DNA of 64,000 bases from the human T2T-CHM13v2.0 reference genome, Homo sapiens: the NCBI RefSeq assembly GCF_009914755.1, contig NC_060927.1; one strand, given 5' to 3'. Below the pieces are notes generated by a model. The model searched no databases and was not told where the DNA came from. It saw only the letters and a list, made by a program, of their open reading frames with translations. Position 1 is the first letter of the stretch; every line of letters begins with the position of its first letter. Shown piece after piece: positions 30,971-42,965 of this stretch. The position numbers and the translations under genes were made by a program.

Positions 30971-32798
30971 TGTTGCACTTGATTTGAGTCAGAGCTCTCC
31001 GAAGCAGAGATGATGAATGAGAACCACCCACCCTGCAGGCCCCTCTTGGCACTGCCACTCTTTTGCCTTCTGGGAAATGGCAAAGCACAAACAACCACTC
31101 TGCTCTCAAAGACTCTGAGACAACACCCACCTCTGCCTGTCCTCCATGACTGGGCTACAACCCATCTCCAACCTTCTGCCTGACTCCTTGACTCTCCAAT
31201 ATCTCTCTAATTTACTCCCCTCTATAAATCCCTCAGTTCATTTCTTTTTCTTTGAGATGATCTGCATTAATGTGTGTTCTCCCTATTGCAATACCCTGAA
31301 TAAAATCATCTCATATTTGTCCTGTGTATCTTCTTTCACAGTTTTGGTGGTGTGACTTAGGTAGTATAGGACCTCACCTTCAAGTCCCTCCTTACTCCAC
31401 CTGGGTAACAAGGTCTCATGGAGCGCCTCCTGCTATGTTCCTGGTTGGCAATCCAGGGACCAAACAATGAGTCTAACTCCCACTCCTGTGCTTTGGATTT
31501 TTGTCCCTTGGTAGCAAGGTAAGGATGTGACTTTTTTTCTTTCTGAGTACTCCCTTGATTTCAGGTGCTGACTTTTGGATTCACGGTCTGATCATTTGGT
31601 GATTTCTGTAAACAGATAATTGGCTCATAAAAATATGGTCTCTGTTGGAACCAACCTGCAAATTGGACTAGAGCCTCCTATCTTGCTCAAATTATTAGTC
31701 CTTACCAAATTTTCAGTTCTTACAGTTTCCTTCAATATCCGGCTACAGTCCTCCAAACTGATGTTTCCAATTTTTCCCATCCTGCCTGACTCAACATCAC
31801 CAAGAACTGAAAACTGAAGGCCCAGATCCCTGTCAGAGTCTAAGTTGCCTTGCAGCTGGCATATTTCCTGAAAATCCGAGGAAGCTTGCAAGCTGAAGCC
31901 TAAGGACTTACACACCTCAAAGGACTCATCACTGCAGCAGACCATGCATGGGCCAGAATTCTCCCTGTACAAGTCACTGTCTGGACCACTAAGGAAGTCT
32001 GGTATGCATTTATATAAGAGGAAATGAATACTGTGAACAACATCATTCAGAGCATCAACATCCTAGTTCAAGAGTATCCAGAAATTACAATGGCATAATC
32101 AAAAGATTTTCCTCCACAGATCTCTTGGAATCCATGGACTGCTACCCTTAGGGTCACCTTCTGGCTGTTTTCTGGAATACAGCCTTTTATATTAGTCTTT
32201 TTCTTTTTCATCTTAGAGATTCCTCTTTTAAAATGCCTGATCTCTAGGACTCTAAAACAGAAAGCTTTCCCACAACCTCTCAACAGATGGTTCAACTGAT
32301 TTTGGAGGAATGCAAACAAGAATCCCTGAGAGACAGTTTCTTATACCTTGCTTGGCCCAGCTCAGGTTATTGATCACCTCTGACAAGTCCAGCAACAAAG
32401 TATATTCATTCATCTTGAACGAAAGAAGGGACTGGACTGTTGGACTTGGTCTGAGCCCTATGCTCCCAGAAAGGAGCAACAGTTGAGAAATTCTCCCTAC
32501 CCTCTTGTATTCTGAGAAAGATCTAACCCCGAAGGACAATGCTGCTCCCACACACTCTGAGCTAAGCCTCACTTTCCCCAATGACTCATAAGAAGTCAAA
32601 GATAAGACCCATTATTTTCATCTTCCTAATGATTCCCATAAGACTTGGGATGACTCCCTTGTTTACTTGCTTCTATAAAAACCCACGCTCTTTTCTTTTT
32701 TATTTTTTTTGAGATGTTCCTCATTAACAACATCTTCCTTATTGCAATAGGCTGAATAAAATAATCTCCTTAGTTATTTAAGCATATTGTCTTTCACA
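30971..32798 (+). mobile_element. Ancient internally deleted ERV1-type provirus (MER89/MER90/MER110-like LTRs at 30971-31340 and 32438-32798)
   Basis: Homologous LTRs tgttg(c/g)acttg...tattgcaata..ctgaataaaat.atctc...tctttcaca; PBS-like 31345-31362; purine tract gaaagaaggga before 3' LTR. Confidence 0.75.
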
Positions 32799-33915
32799 GT
32801 GGAAGATTTTATTAAAAAACAAATGTGACTGCATGTGTCCTTTAGGATACACCTACACAGAGGTTGGGGGAGGAGTGTTCAAAGTAACGGGGATGGCCAC
32901 ATTTCTAAAAGTTTTATTCGTGGTTGTTCAGGACACACAGTCATTCTCCATAATAGTTTAAACTAATAAAACAATTGTCAATATCTCAGCTGGGGCTGTG
33001 TAGACACCTCCTTAAAAACTCTGATCCTCATTAATTTTATCTCTTCCCACAAAACCCAATTATTCATGCCCAGAGAAAAATGGGACCTGAACATTTTCTG
33101 ACTGGCTGGCTATTTATTTTCTGTAGATGAAATTGAACCACTTGTCAAACTTAAAAAAAAAAAAATAGTTGCTCACTTTCTCCTGCTTATCACTAAGAAG
33201 ATGTCAATCTAAATCTCTTGTATAGGTCAGTTCCTGATGCTCTCATGTCAAATAGATTTTCTTTCCCCTTCCATCTTCTGTATTTTATAAGCACAGAGAG
33301 TGAGAAAAGATAGGAAGATGAAAGAATAGGGGAGAAAAGGTAAAATTAGAGTAAAATATGTAAATTGGAAAACTAAAGAATTTTCCTCCATAATTGAAGA
33401 TATGATCATCAAGAAGGCCTATCTCTGCAATCTACTTTATCTTCCAATTAAAAGTACAGAGAATAGATCTACCTTTTGACTAATAATAAAAAGTCTAAGT
33501 TGCTTATATGGCTTGTGTCATTCAAGTCCTGTTTTCAAAAAATTGCATCCAGAACACTCTATCTTAAGAGGATGAACTGTTATTTCTGTAGCTTTTAATA
33601 ACTGACAACTCCACATTTAAATCCCTGGCTGTACATAAACTGTCAGCATCCAAATTTGCCCAGACAAACGAATTGGAAAAAACAAAAATAACATGAAGAA
33701 AAAATGTGCTATTAACAGCTGTGTAAATAACAGCGGCAACATTAACTAATAAAAGGAAACCAGCAATCTCAGTAAGAACCCAAGAAGGAATTCAAGTTGC
33801 TACAAGTAGATTTAGAAGGATTGACTGCTGTTTGTTTCCTTCCAAAATTTAGTTTGTCTTTCCAAGTTAACTGTATCAAGGAGTCTGGAGGAAAACCTTT
33901 CACAGCAAAGTCTTA

Positions 33916-34198
33916 GGCCGGGCACGGTGGCTCACGCCTGTAATCCCAAAGCTTTGGGAGGCCAAGGTGGCCAGGCAGATCACTTGAGCCCAGGAGTTCT
34001 AGACCAGCCTGGGCAACATGGTGAGACCCTGTCTCTACAAAAAATACAAAAACTAGCCAGGCACAGTGATGCACGCTTGTAGTCCCAGCTACTCGGGAGG
34101 CTGAGGTGGGAGGATCACTTGAGCCCAGGAGATCCAGGCTGTGATGAGACATGACCACACCATTGCACTCCAGCCTGGGTGACAGAGCAAGACTATCT

Positions 34199-34230
<32 letters not shown>

Positions 34231-34245
34231 GAAAAGAAAAGAAAA
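33916..34245 (+). mobile_element. AluJ with (GAAAA)n tail
   Basis: Dimeric Alu; TSD aaa(g/c)tctta; ~7 GAAAA units at 34211-34245. Confidence 0.95.
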
Positions 34246-34988
34246 AAACTCTTAGATTATTAAATAAGAAATAAGAATCAAGTGAAAATGTTTTATACTT
34301 ACTGTAGAGAGAGAAAGGAAAAGAGAGCCAGTTATTATTCTTTTCCCTAATCATTTGTCTTCACATTTATATTTGACTAGGACTGCAAAGTTGCTCCAGT
34401 TTCAAAAATTGAGTGAAGAAACCTCACTCCCTTCAGAGCAGCAACTGTACTATCTTAGTCGAAGCCCCTTTGGTTGCTGGTGATAGAAACGCTTTCAAAG
34501 TTGCTCAAGCAAAACAAGGGACTTTTATTAAAAAGCTTCCAGGGAAAATCACTGGTAACTCAACAGAGGGAAGTACAACTGGGTCTTGTCAAGAAATAAT
34601 GATCAGGTACCTGAAATTTCTCCATGCTGGAGACGAAGGATGAAGGAGACCATCAGAGTTCCCAGTCCCAGGTGGGCTTGCATTCTAGTGGGAGGAAACA
34701 GACCATGAAAACACAGTGAAGTAAATAAGTACGTCAAGTGCCAATCAATGGTTGCTATGAAGAGGATAAAGTAAGTATGTATTACACAAAATCAGATGAA
34801 ATGAGCCCTGGAATTTGAGGGAGGTGGGAAGTGGGAGGGCTTGTTGCATTGGGAAGATGTTCCTTTAATAGATGGCACTTCTATTGAGACCTGAATAAAT
34901 TGAAAGTGGCTGGAGCTCTGAGTCATACAAAATCTAGGGGCACCACTTTGCAAGCAGAAGGAACCAGTCAAAAGCTGAGAGACTAGAG

Positions 34989-35479
34989 CAGCACTGTCCA
35001 ATAAAAATATGATGTGATTTTTAAATTTTACTCAAGTAATTTTTCAATTTTCTAGTTGCCACATTTAAAAAAAGCAAAAAAGGAACAGATGAAATTATTT
35101 TTAACATATTTCATTTAACCTAACATAACCAGTATATTGTCATTTCATTTCAACATATAATTAATTTAAAAGCCATGAATGAGATGTTTTACATTTTTTT
35201 ATACTGTCTTCAAAATCTAGTATGTACTTTATCCTAAAAACACATCTCAATGTGAATGCTGAAGTTCCGACAGTTAAAGTGAAATGTAATTCTACCAAAA
35301 CAATAAAGTCATGTTTAATGGGAAAATGTTTTATGCTCCTTCAGTTCCTAAGTTAAAATGTAAATTAATTAAAATGTAATTTAATTTAAAATCTCAGCTC
35401 CGCAGTTGCCCTTATCATATTTCAAGTGTTCAGGAGCTATGTTTAGCTCACGGCTACCATTTTAGACAGGACAGGACAG
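34989..35479. mobile_element. hAT-Charlie element (MER33/Charlie5-like)
   Basis: cagcactgtccaata...ggctaccattttagacag; 8-bp TSD gactagag / gactggag. Confidence 0.85.
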
Positions 35480-35609
35480 GACTGGAGGACACAGAGTGAG
35501 GTAGAATGAAGGTAGATGCAGTTGAGAAGAAAGAGCCAGCCATGTAAGCCTCGGCAAATAATTAGAAATTTGGGTTTTATTCTAAGTGTAATAAACGGCT
35601 ATTACAAGG

Positions 35610-36570
35610 TATATTACTTTCTTATTTCTCATGTAACAAATTATCACAAATGCAGAGACTCAACACAAATGTACTATCTTACAACTCTGGAGGTTAGAAG
35701 TCTGAAATGACTTATATGGAACTAAAATCAAGGTGTCTATTAAGCTGTTTTTTTTTCTGAAAGTCCCAAGGGAGAATCCATTCCTGGCTTCTTTCACATT
35801 ACGGAGGTTGCTGGCATTCCTTGGCTTGTGGCTGCATCACTCCAACTTTGCTTCTGTTGTCACATCACATCTTCCCCTGTCTACCTGACCCTTCTGCCTT
35901 CTTCTTGCAAGAACCCTTGTGATTACAGTGGTTCCACTTAAATATTCCACAATAATACCCCCATCTCAAGATTCTTAACTTCATCTGCAAAGTCTCTTTT
36001 GCCATGTGAGGTAATGTATTCACAGGCATTGGAGAATATGTGGACATTGTAGGAGAGGAAAAATATCTTTTACCTTCTATCCTTCTAGGTTCTTGGCTGG
36101 GTCTCTGAAACAAAAGACAGATTAACAACAGAAAAGCTTACAAATTTATTTAATGTAAGTTTCATGTGACATGGAAGACTTCATAAAAAAATGAAGCCAA
36201 AGACAGAGTTAAACCTGAGTGTTTTTATACCAGTTTTGATGAAGAGGGGAGAGTCATGGAAAAAAAATGATAGGACAAAAGGGGTATAAGCTACCTGCAA
36301 CAAACAGGGGGAACTTAACAAGGCTTGTTCATTCAGATTCTTCTCAGCAGCCTTTTGTCTTTGGAGATAAAGATGCTCTTTTCCTCCAAGTACAGGGAGA
36401 GCATTTCTCACATGATCTGCTTCAGGGGAAGTTCAGAGAGTCCTTCCTGCACCTGCCATTTCTCAAATTCCTTCAGTTTAAAATATTCAATATGCCAAGA
36501 CCGTATTTGAGGGTAGCATGTCTTGAGCCCCATCAGTATCTTTGGGAGGGGGCATTATTTATCCTTTCGA
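35610..36570 (-). mobile_element. MLT1B/C LTR split by MER39
   Basis: gtaacaaattatcacaaa...atcaaggtgtc...ggcattccttggcttgtggctgcatcactcc...tggacat|ctttggg. Confidence 0.85.
36048..36535 (-). mobile_element. MER39-type ERV1 solo LTR
   Basis: tgtagg...tctcaaattccttcagtttaaaatattcaatatgccaag...gtagcatgtcttgagccccatca. Confidence 0.85.
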
Positions 36571-36729
36571 AGAGGGTTTTAACACAGGAGAAGGAGCATG
36601 ATTTCATATATTCTTTAGAAAAATAACACTAACTATTAGGTACAGAATGTCCTACCCATAAAGAAATAAGAAAATAGGAAAAGAGGTTGTTCCACACAAA
36701 CCCAGATGACAGTGGGTGAACGCATCATG

Positions 36730-37290
36730 GAAAAATGCTAGGTTTTGTCTGTCTAGTACCTCACCTACTCTCCCTTGAGAAAACTACTCACCACCACATC
36801 AGTTATGAGCTTGAAAGAACTCCCAGGGCTTTGGGTCCCCTGGTGAAAATGAATACAGGTCTCAAGCCCAGCCAATCATCATAGTTCATTCACCCGGCCA
36901 AGATGGCTGGTCCAGGAATGTGCATGTGCCTCCAAGTGAATTTTTCATCTTGAATTGTTGAGTTTGGAACTGGAATAAAAACTGGTCTTATCTCCTGGCT
37001 TATAGACTTGAAAGCATGAAAATCAGGGGCTACAAGCAGCTGTCTCTGCTGCCATATGAAGAGAACTTCTCTGCTGAGAGACAGAATGAAGCCTGCTCAA
37101 AGAATAAGATGGAGCCTGGGAAGAAAAGAACAAATCCTGACAACAGTTTGTGTTCCCGTATCAAGTCATGTCTGAAGCATCACTCTTGGGCTCTCTGGCT
37201 GCATGACACAAATGGATTTCCTTTTTTTGCTTATGTAAGTGTCAGTTGTGTTGCTGTCACTTGCAACCAAAAGCATCCTGGCTAATATGG
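36730..37290 (+). mobile_element. Old MLT1 (J/K-like) LTR
   Basis: ccagccaatca...; ends ctgtcacttgcaaccaaaagcatcctggctaata. Confidence 0.65.
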
Positions 37291-38321
37291 GTCTCAAAAG
37301 GAATGGGAACTAGACATGGATACACCTTCTCTCCTTATCTCCGAGACTATATATTCTCTCATTCTTGCTTCTCTGCATTCGGATTCCTTCATCTCTTTCC
37401 CTGCAGAACAGCTCTCTCAGCTTTTGTATCATTTGACAAAGATGGTCCTTTCTGAAAACATCCAGCAGGGACCAACATGAATGAATCCCAAAGAGAAATT
37501 CCCAGGAAAGAGAATGTGTACAGCCCAGCTTGGGTCTGGTGACTCCACAAGGTTCAGAGGGCCTATCCCTTGGGAAGTAGTGGTGGAGGCATGTCTTAGA
37601 GCAGGGTTCACATGGGCAGGGTGCACACTCAATTGTTGACCATCGTATACAAACTCCTGTCTACCACTCTTCCTCCCTAACACCTTCCCAAAATAGCTCA
37701 GAGTACATCTATGTGATTAAAGAATGGAATTAAAAAACTCCTTTCTTCTGTGATTTCAGACCCAGGTAGAAGAAAAAAGTGCTCTCTCCTTGCCCAACTC
37801 TGTTATTTAGAGAAGAGATGCCTGGGTTTAATCTATAAACCAACTTGCTACCAGTTTACCAGCTTAGTTTAGAAATAACAATTTGTATATTGGCTCATAA
37901 GCTTCTGAGTTTATTTTGAGCCACTTTCTAGATTTGTAGGGTCAGAGGTGGGGACATGATGCAGATCAGAAAAAACAGGAAGTAAACAGCTAAATAGTTA
38001 GCTCTTTACCAGAATGATAAATGAAGGTCAACAATCTTGCAGCTCAATAAAGTAGTACTAGGCTTAAGATGATTTGCAAACCATCTCATCAACACTGCAG
38101 TTTATTTCCAACTATATTCCATACCAAGTGGCAATGTGCCAGAATCTTGTTTTTTAAAAAAACCTACCCAGTTGAGAGAGAGAGAGACGATGATAGTTGA
38201 ACATTAATCAAACTGATATAGATTTTTATGATGATTGAATCTCCAACAACCATTGCTTATCCATTCACCCATTCAACAAATATTTACTGAGTTTCTATGA
38301 TAACTCATGCACTGTTCTTGG

Positions 38322-38448
38322 TTTTATTATAAGAGATGGGGTTTCACCATGTTAGCCAGGCTGGTCTCGAACTCCCAACCTCAGGTGATCTGCCCACCTC
38401 AGCATCCCAAAGTGCTGGGATTACAGGTGTGAGCCACCGTGCCTGGCC
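38322..38448 (-). mobile_element. AluS left arm only
   Basis: agagatggggtttcaccatgttagccagg...cctcaggtgatc...gtgcctggcc. Confidence 0.92.
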
Positions 38449-38675
38449 AACATTATCATTTTAATGCAGCTTGCTTTGATTCTTGGTCATAACCTAAGCT
38501 TCATAGCCAAAGGAGTTGCAAATTCATATTGTTACCTTTTCTCAAGTTTGAAAACTATGAGATCTGTTTTTTATAAGATTCAATATTAATGTATTATAAA
38601 TGAGCATCAGTAAAACTGATATTTTATGCAAGCAATTGCCAAAGCAACAAGCAAATGGCAGTGACATTTCCCCCC

Positions 38676-39086
38676 TGCTGTGGTCTAAACATGCCTCCCA
38701 AAATTCATGTTTTGGGAACTTAATCCCCACATGCAATAGTGTCGGGAAATGGGGCCTAATGGGAAGTGTTTAGGTCATGAAGCCTTCATCTACATGGATG
38801 GATTGTTGCTGCTATGAAAAGGGCTTGTGAAAGTGAGTGGACATTGTCTTCCTCTCTTGCTGTCTCTCTCTTCTGCTGTTCTGTCATGTGATGATATGGT
38901 GTTCCTCCACTCAGGAGGATGCAATGGTTAAGGTGCCATCCTTGAAGCAGAGAAACTGGCCCTAACCTGCCAGTGCCCTGTTCTTGGACTTCCCAGCCTC
39001 CAGAACTGTGAGAGAATAAGTTTACGTTGTTTATAAATTACCCAGTCATGGTTATTCTGTTATAGCAGCACAAACAGAATAAGATA
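38676..39086 (+). mobile_element. MST (MSTD-like) solo LTR
   Basis: tgctgtggtctaaac...aacttaatcccc...ttataaattacccagtc...agcagcacaaacagaataagata. Confidence 0.85.
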
Positions 39087-39489
39087 TGAACCCCCCTCAC
39101 CCTGCTCCCCACTCGGTTAAATGCTCAAGATGTGAATTCTCTTTGAGATTGCTTTTCATGGGCAGGATGAGAAGGCTACTCAGCAAGCAAAATTTGGAGG
39201 ATGAACCAATTGTTTTACTTTCTTCATTTGCAAGATTTCTATACTTCATTATATGCATGGTCAGCAATCAACTTCTCTCTTGGTTCTAAAATTAACATAT
39301 ATAACTGATCAAACATTTTCACTGTAATGTTCTTGGTATCTGGCCCCCCCGACATGAGCACAAGTGAAAACCTGCTCTGAGATTTGCAGCTGCTTTGTGA
39401 ATACCATCTCTAAATCATGCATGCTCTGTCCTTTCCCTTCCTAGACAGACAGAAAGAAAGAAGGATATAAAGCCCTCTGCTTTGTTGTT

Positions 39490-39685
39490 CACCATTGTAC
39501 TCAATGACATATAATGCAGTCTAGAGTTTATTTCTTTTTTGTTTATTGTCTATGTATTCCCACTAGAATAGAAGCTACCTGAGAGTAGAGATTTTTGTAT
39601 TTTTGTTCTCTATGTTCCCATATACCTAGAATAGTGCATACGTTATGGTAGAAACTCTGTAAATATTTGTTGAATGAATGAATGG
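39490..39685 (+). mobile_element. L2 3' end
   Basis: cccactagaat.gaagct..ctgagagtag...taaatatttgttgaatgaatgaat. Confidence 0.8.
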
Positions 39686-40017
39686 ATAAGCAATTGTTGC
39701 TGGAGATTCAATCTTCATAAAAATCTATATTAGTTTGATCGATGTTCAACTATCATCACCCCTCTGCTGGTTATACCCCTGCCAATTTCTGCTGCCTCTT
39801 CCTGCAGCAAATGTCCTACCCCACTCCACTGTGTGCTCCAGATCTACTCTCAGTCCCCCAAGCTTACTGTGTTCCTTTCTGAGTCCTGCTCTAGAGTTTT
39901 TGTTCATTTTCATCCCTCTCTGTCAGGAAGTATCCCTACTAGGCTGCAGTGCCCTGAGGACATAAACTCTGATTTTGCTCTCTATAGCATTACCATCATA
40001 CCTGACACATGGTAGGT

Positions 40018-40494
40018 TATAGGGGAATAATGCTGCCCTCTCCAAAGATGTCCACATTTTATCCTCGAAACCTGTGAATATGTTACTTTACATGGCAAAG
40101 AAGCTTTGCAGATGTGACTAAGTGAAGCATGTTGAGTTGAAGAGATTATCCTGGAATACCTGAGTGGGCGCAATGTAATCACAGGGGTCCTTAAAAGAGG
40201 AACACAGGAGGGTCAGTGACAGAGACTGAGATATGACAACAGAAGCAGAGGTTGAAGTGATGTGAGGCCAGGAGCCAAGTAATTTGGGCAGCCTCTACAA
40301 GCTGGGAATGGTGAAAAAACAGGTTCTCTTTCAGAGCACCCAGAAGGAATACAGCCCTGTCATCTCCTTGACTCTAGCCCAGTGAGACAAGTTTTAGACT
40401 TCTGACCTCCAAAACTGTGAAACAATAAATTTATATTGTTTTAAGTCACTAAATTCGGGGTGATTTCTTACCACAGCAATTGGAAATTAATACA
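40018..40494 (+). mobile_element. MLT1D solo LTR inserted in an L2 tail
   Basis: ccaaagatgtccac...acctgtgaatatgttac...ggaaattaataca; TSD taggt/caggt. Confidence 0.88.
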
Positions 40495-40702
40495 CAGGTG
40501 CTTATGAAATATTTATGGAATGACTAAAGATATAAGTAATAGATAAGGATTCATTAGGAAACAAGATAGACCCAGAAATCTTAATTTCATTGTCTCATTA
40601 ATTAACTCAGACATATACAATTAATCATCAATATGCTGAGATTTCAAAAAAGAAATCCTAGAAACTATGGGGATATATACTAGAGAAAAGGTAGATATAT
40701 GA

Positions 40703-41317
40703 CTACCTTAAGGACATACACTTTCTTTAATGCATCAAATACCCTCACAACAAAAAATCCAACTTCTACAACAGTGCTCAGCAATGCAACTTTTACACAA
40801 ACTTTCCTAAATGAGGCAAAAGGGAGGATTACCTGTTGAACTATTTAACAAAACAAAAGGGGTCAGGTTAAATTTTCCTAAAAGAAGTGTTATTCAAACT
40901 GGCAGAAATTTGTGTAACTTCACAGGGCCACTACTTTTGGCTGAAGTTCAGGAGGAAAGTATTTCTTTTCATTGATCTCTGTTGATGACCCACATTGGTT
41001 GGTTGTTTTAATTTCATGTTTAGATTTTCTAGTGAACTGTTTATGACTGTGAGGATCAATGAGGCTCCTCTTTCCCATAAATCCCTCCATTGACACAAAG
41101 CTTTTTGAGAACAAATGTAACCTAGATGCAATAGCCTCACTCCAAGCAGTTTTTGTCTTTGCTCTATAGCTACCTTAAGGCCATACACTACTCTTAATGC
41201 ACCAAACACACTCATAACAAATGATCTAACTCCTAAAACATTGCTTGGCAATGCACCTTTTATACAAGCTTTCCTAATGAGGCAAAAGAGAGGATTATCT
41301 GTTGAACCATTTAACAA
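40703..41317 (+). repeat. Diverged ~149-bp direct repeat (40703-40851 and 41170-41317)
   Basis: Manual alignment: ~24 differences (~84% identity), offset 467 bp. Confidence 0.9.
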
Positions 41318-41563
41318 TACTTAATCCTATTTATTCTTCACTGCCCCTCTCTGTATTCCAACCTCCTTCCTCCAGATATCCTGTAAAAAATCTTTACTTT
41401 CCCTGACCAGAGCTCTGTGCCCTTAGGTAGCATATCTTACTCAGCAAACCAAAAGCAATAGGATGCAGAGGCTTAGCAAAAAAGAAAAGGAGAAAAATAC
41501 TATCCTGGACCCTTTCCTGTTTCAAATAGACCTTGCTCTCCAATGCCTTAGGGGAAAAATGTC

Positions 41564-42293
41564 TGCTATGGTTTGAATGTGTCCCCCAAATTCATGTTTT
41601 GGAAACTTAATGCCCAATGCAACAGTGTTGGGAGGTATGGCCTGTGTGAGGCAATGGGGTCTTGAGGGCTCTGCATTATGGACTAATTAATGCTGTTATC
41701 ACAGGAGTGGACTCATGATATGGTTTGGCTGTTTTCCAACCCAAATCTCACCTTGAATTATGATAATCTCCACATGTCAAGGACAGGGCGAGGTGGAGAT
41801 AATTGAATCATGCAGGCAGTTTCCTCTTACTGTTCTTGTGGTAGTGAACAAGTCTCACGAGATCTGATGGTTTTATAAATGGGAGTTTCCCTGAACAAGC
41901 TCTCTCTTGCCTGCTGCCATGTAAGAAGTGCCTTTGCTCCTTCTTTGAGTTTCACCATGATTGTGAGGACTCCCCAGCCATGTGGGACTCTGAGTCCATT
42001 AAACTTCTTTTTCTTTATAAATGACCCAGTATTAGGTATTTCTTCATAGCCGTATGAAAATAGACTAATACAGTTCATTATTGCAGAAGTAGCTTTGCCA
42101 TAAAATTGAACTCTGTCTTGCACGTGCTCTCTTGCCCATCGGCCTATTCACCATGGGATGACCCTTGCCTGACATTGGCACCATGCTCTTGGACTTCCCC
42201 ACCTTCAGAACTGTAAGCCAAATAAACTTCTTTTCTTTATAAATTACCCAGTCTGTAGTATTCTGTTACAGCAACAGAAAATGGACTAAGACA
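41564..42293 (+). mobile_element. MST (MSTC/D-like) LTR containing THE1C
   Basis: tgctatggtttgaatgtgtccccc...aaatggactaagaca. Confidence 0.88.
41716..42072 (+). mobile_element. THE1C solo LTR nested in MST
   Basis: tgatatggtttggctg...aggtggagataattgaatcatg...gactaataca; TSD actca/gttca. Confidence 0.9.
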
Positions 42294-42599
42294 AAGGCAA
42301 AAAGCAAGAGAAACACAAGAAGCTAATATTTGGGTTTGGGGCTTGCAAGAATCCAGCTCTTGATGATTTTAAATTCATATTCATGGGCAGGTTTTATTTT
42401 TATTGTACATAATTTTCTCCCTAATTACTGACTTTAGAAACAAACTCTATTTGAACGTGATAAAGTCTGTGGTGTTCCAGCAACATTGCTCTTGATACAA
42501 TAGCCCAGAAAAGGAAAGAGAAAAGGGTCACTTTAGCTGGGCCTTGAAGGATAGATGACTAGGATCTCAGCAGGGGGTGATATTGGGAAAGATCCTGCT

Positions 42600-42965
42600 T
42601 CATTCCTTGCTCCTGACCTTGCAGCCTCTTGTCTTGCGTAATTTCTGCTGTAGGCATTCTAGCCACACTTGCTTTCTGTGGATTTCATAGCTTTTGCACT
42701 TACTGCACTCTTTTCCTGATCTCTTCCTTCCTCACTTCCAGTCCTTGGCCCTGTTGACACTTTTCCTCTCTCAGATCTCATTTCAGTGATCATTCCTTTA
42801 CACATTACAAAATACAGCATCCTTTAGTGTGACTATTTGTTCAGTGCACAGCTCCCTCACTAGACCATCAATTCCATAAGGGAGTAAATCAGCCTGCTCT
42901 TCCTGTCTGCTTTACGACATCCAGAGCATGAGCTTAACAAATACTTTCTGAATGAAAGAATGGAT
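42600..42965 (+). mobile_element. L2 3' end, degraded
   Basis: ctagccacact...cttttgcact...cactagaccatca.ttccataaggg...aaatactttctgaatgaaagaatgga. Confidence 0.6.

Larger units (their letters stand above)
34640..36720 (-). mobile_element. L2 host fragmented by nested hAT, MLT1 and MER39 insertions
   Basis: cttgcattctagtgggaggaaacagac...gagacctgaata...; tttgggttttattctaagtgtaa...; ggttttaacacaggag..gcatgat. Confidence 0.65.

Noticed and set aside
40931-41317. 128-aa minus-strand ORF starting in the direct repeat
   Set aside because: TTG start, and the other repeat copy has a 1-bp indel, arguing against coding constraint.
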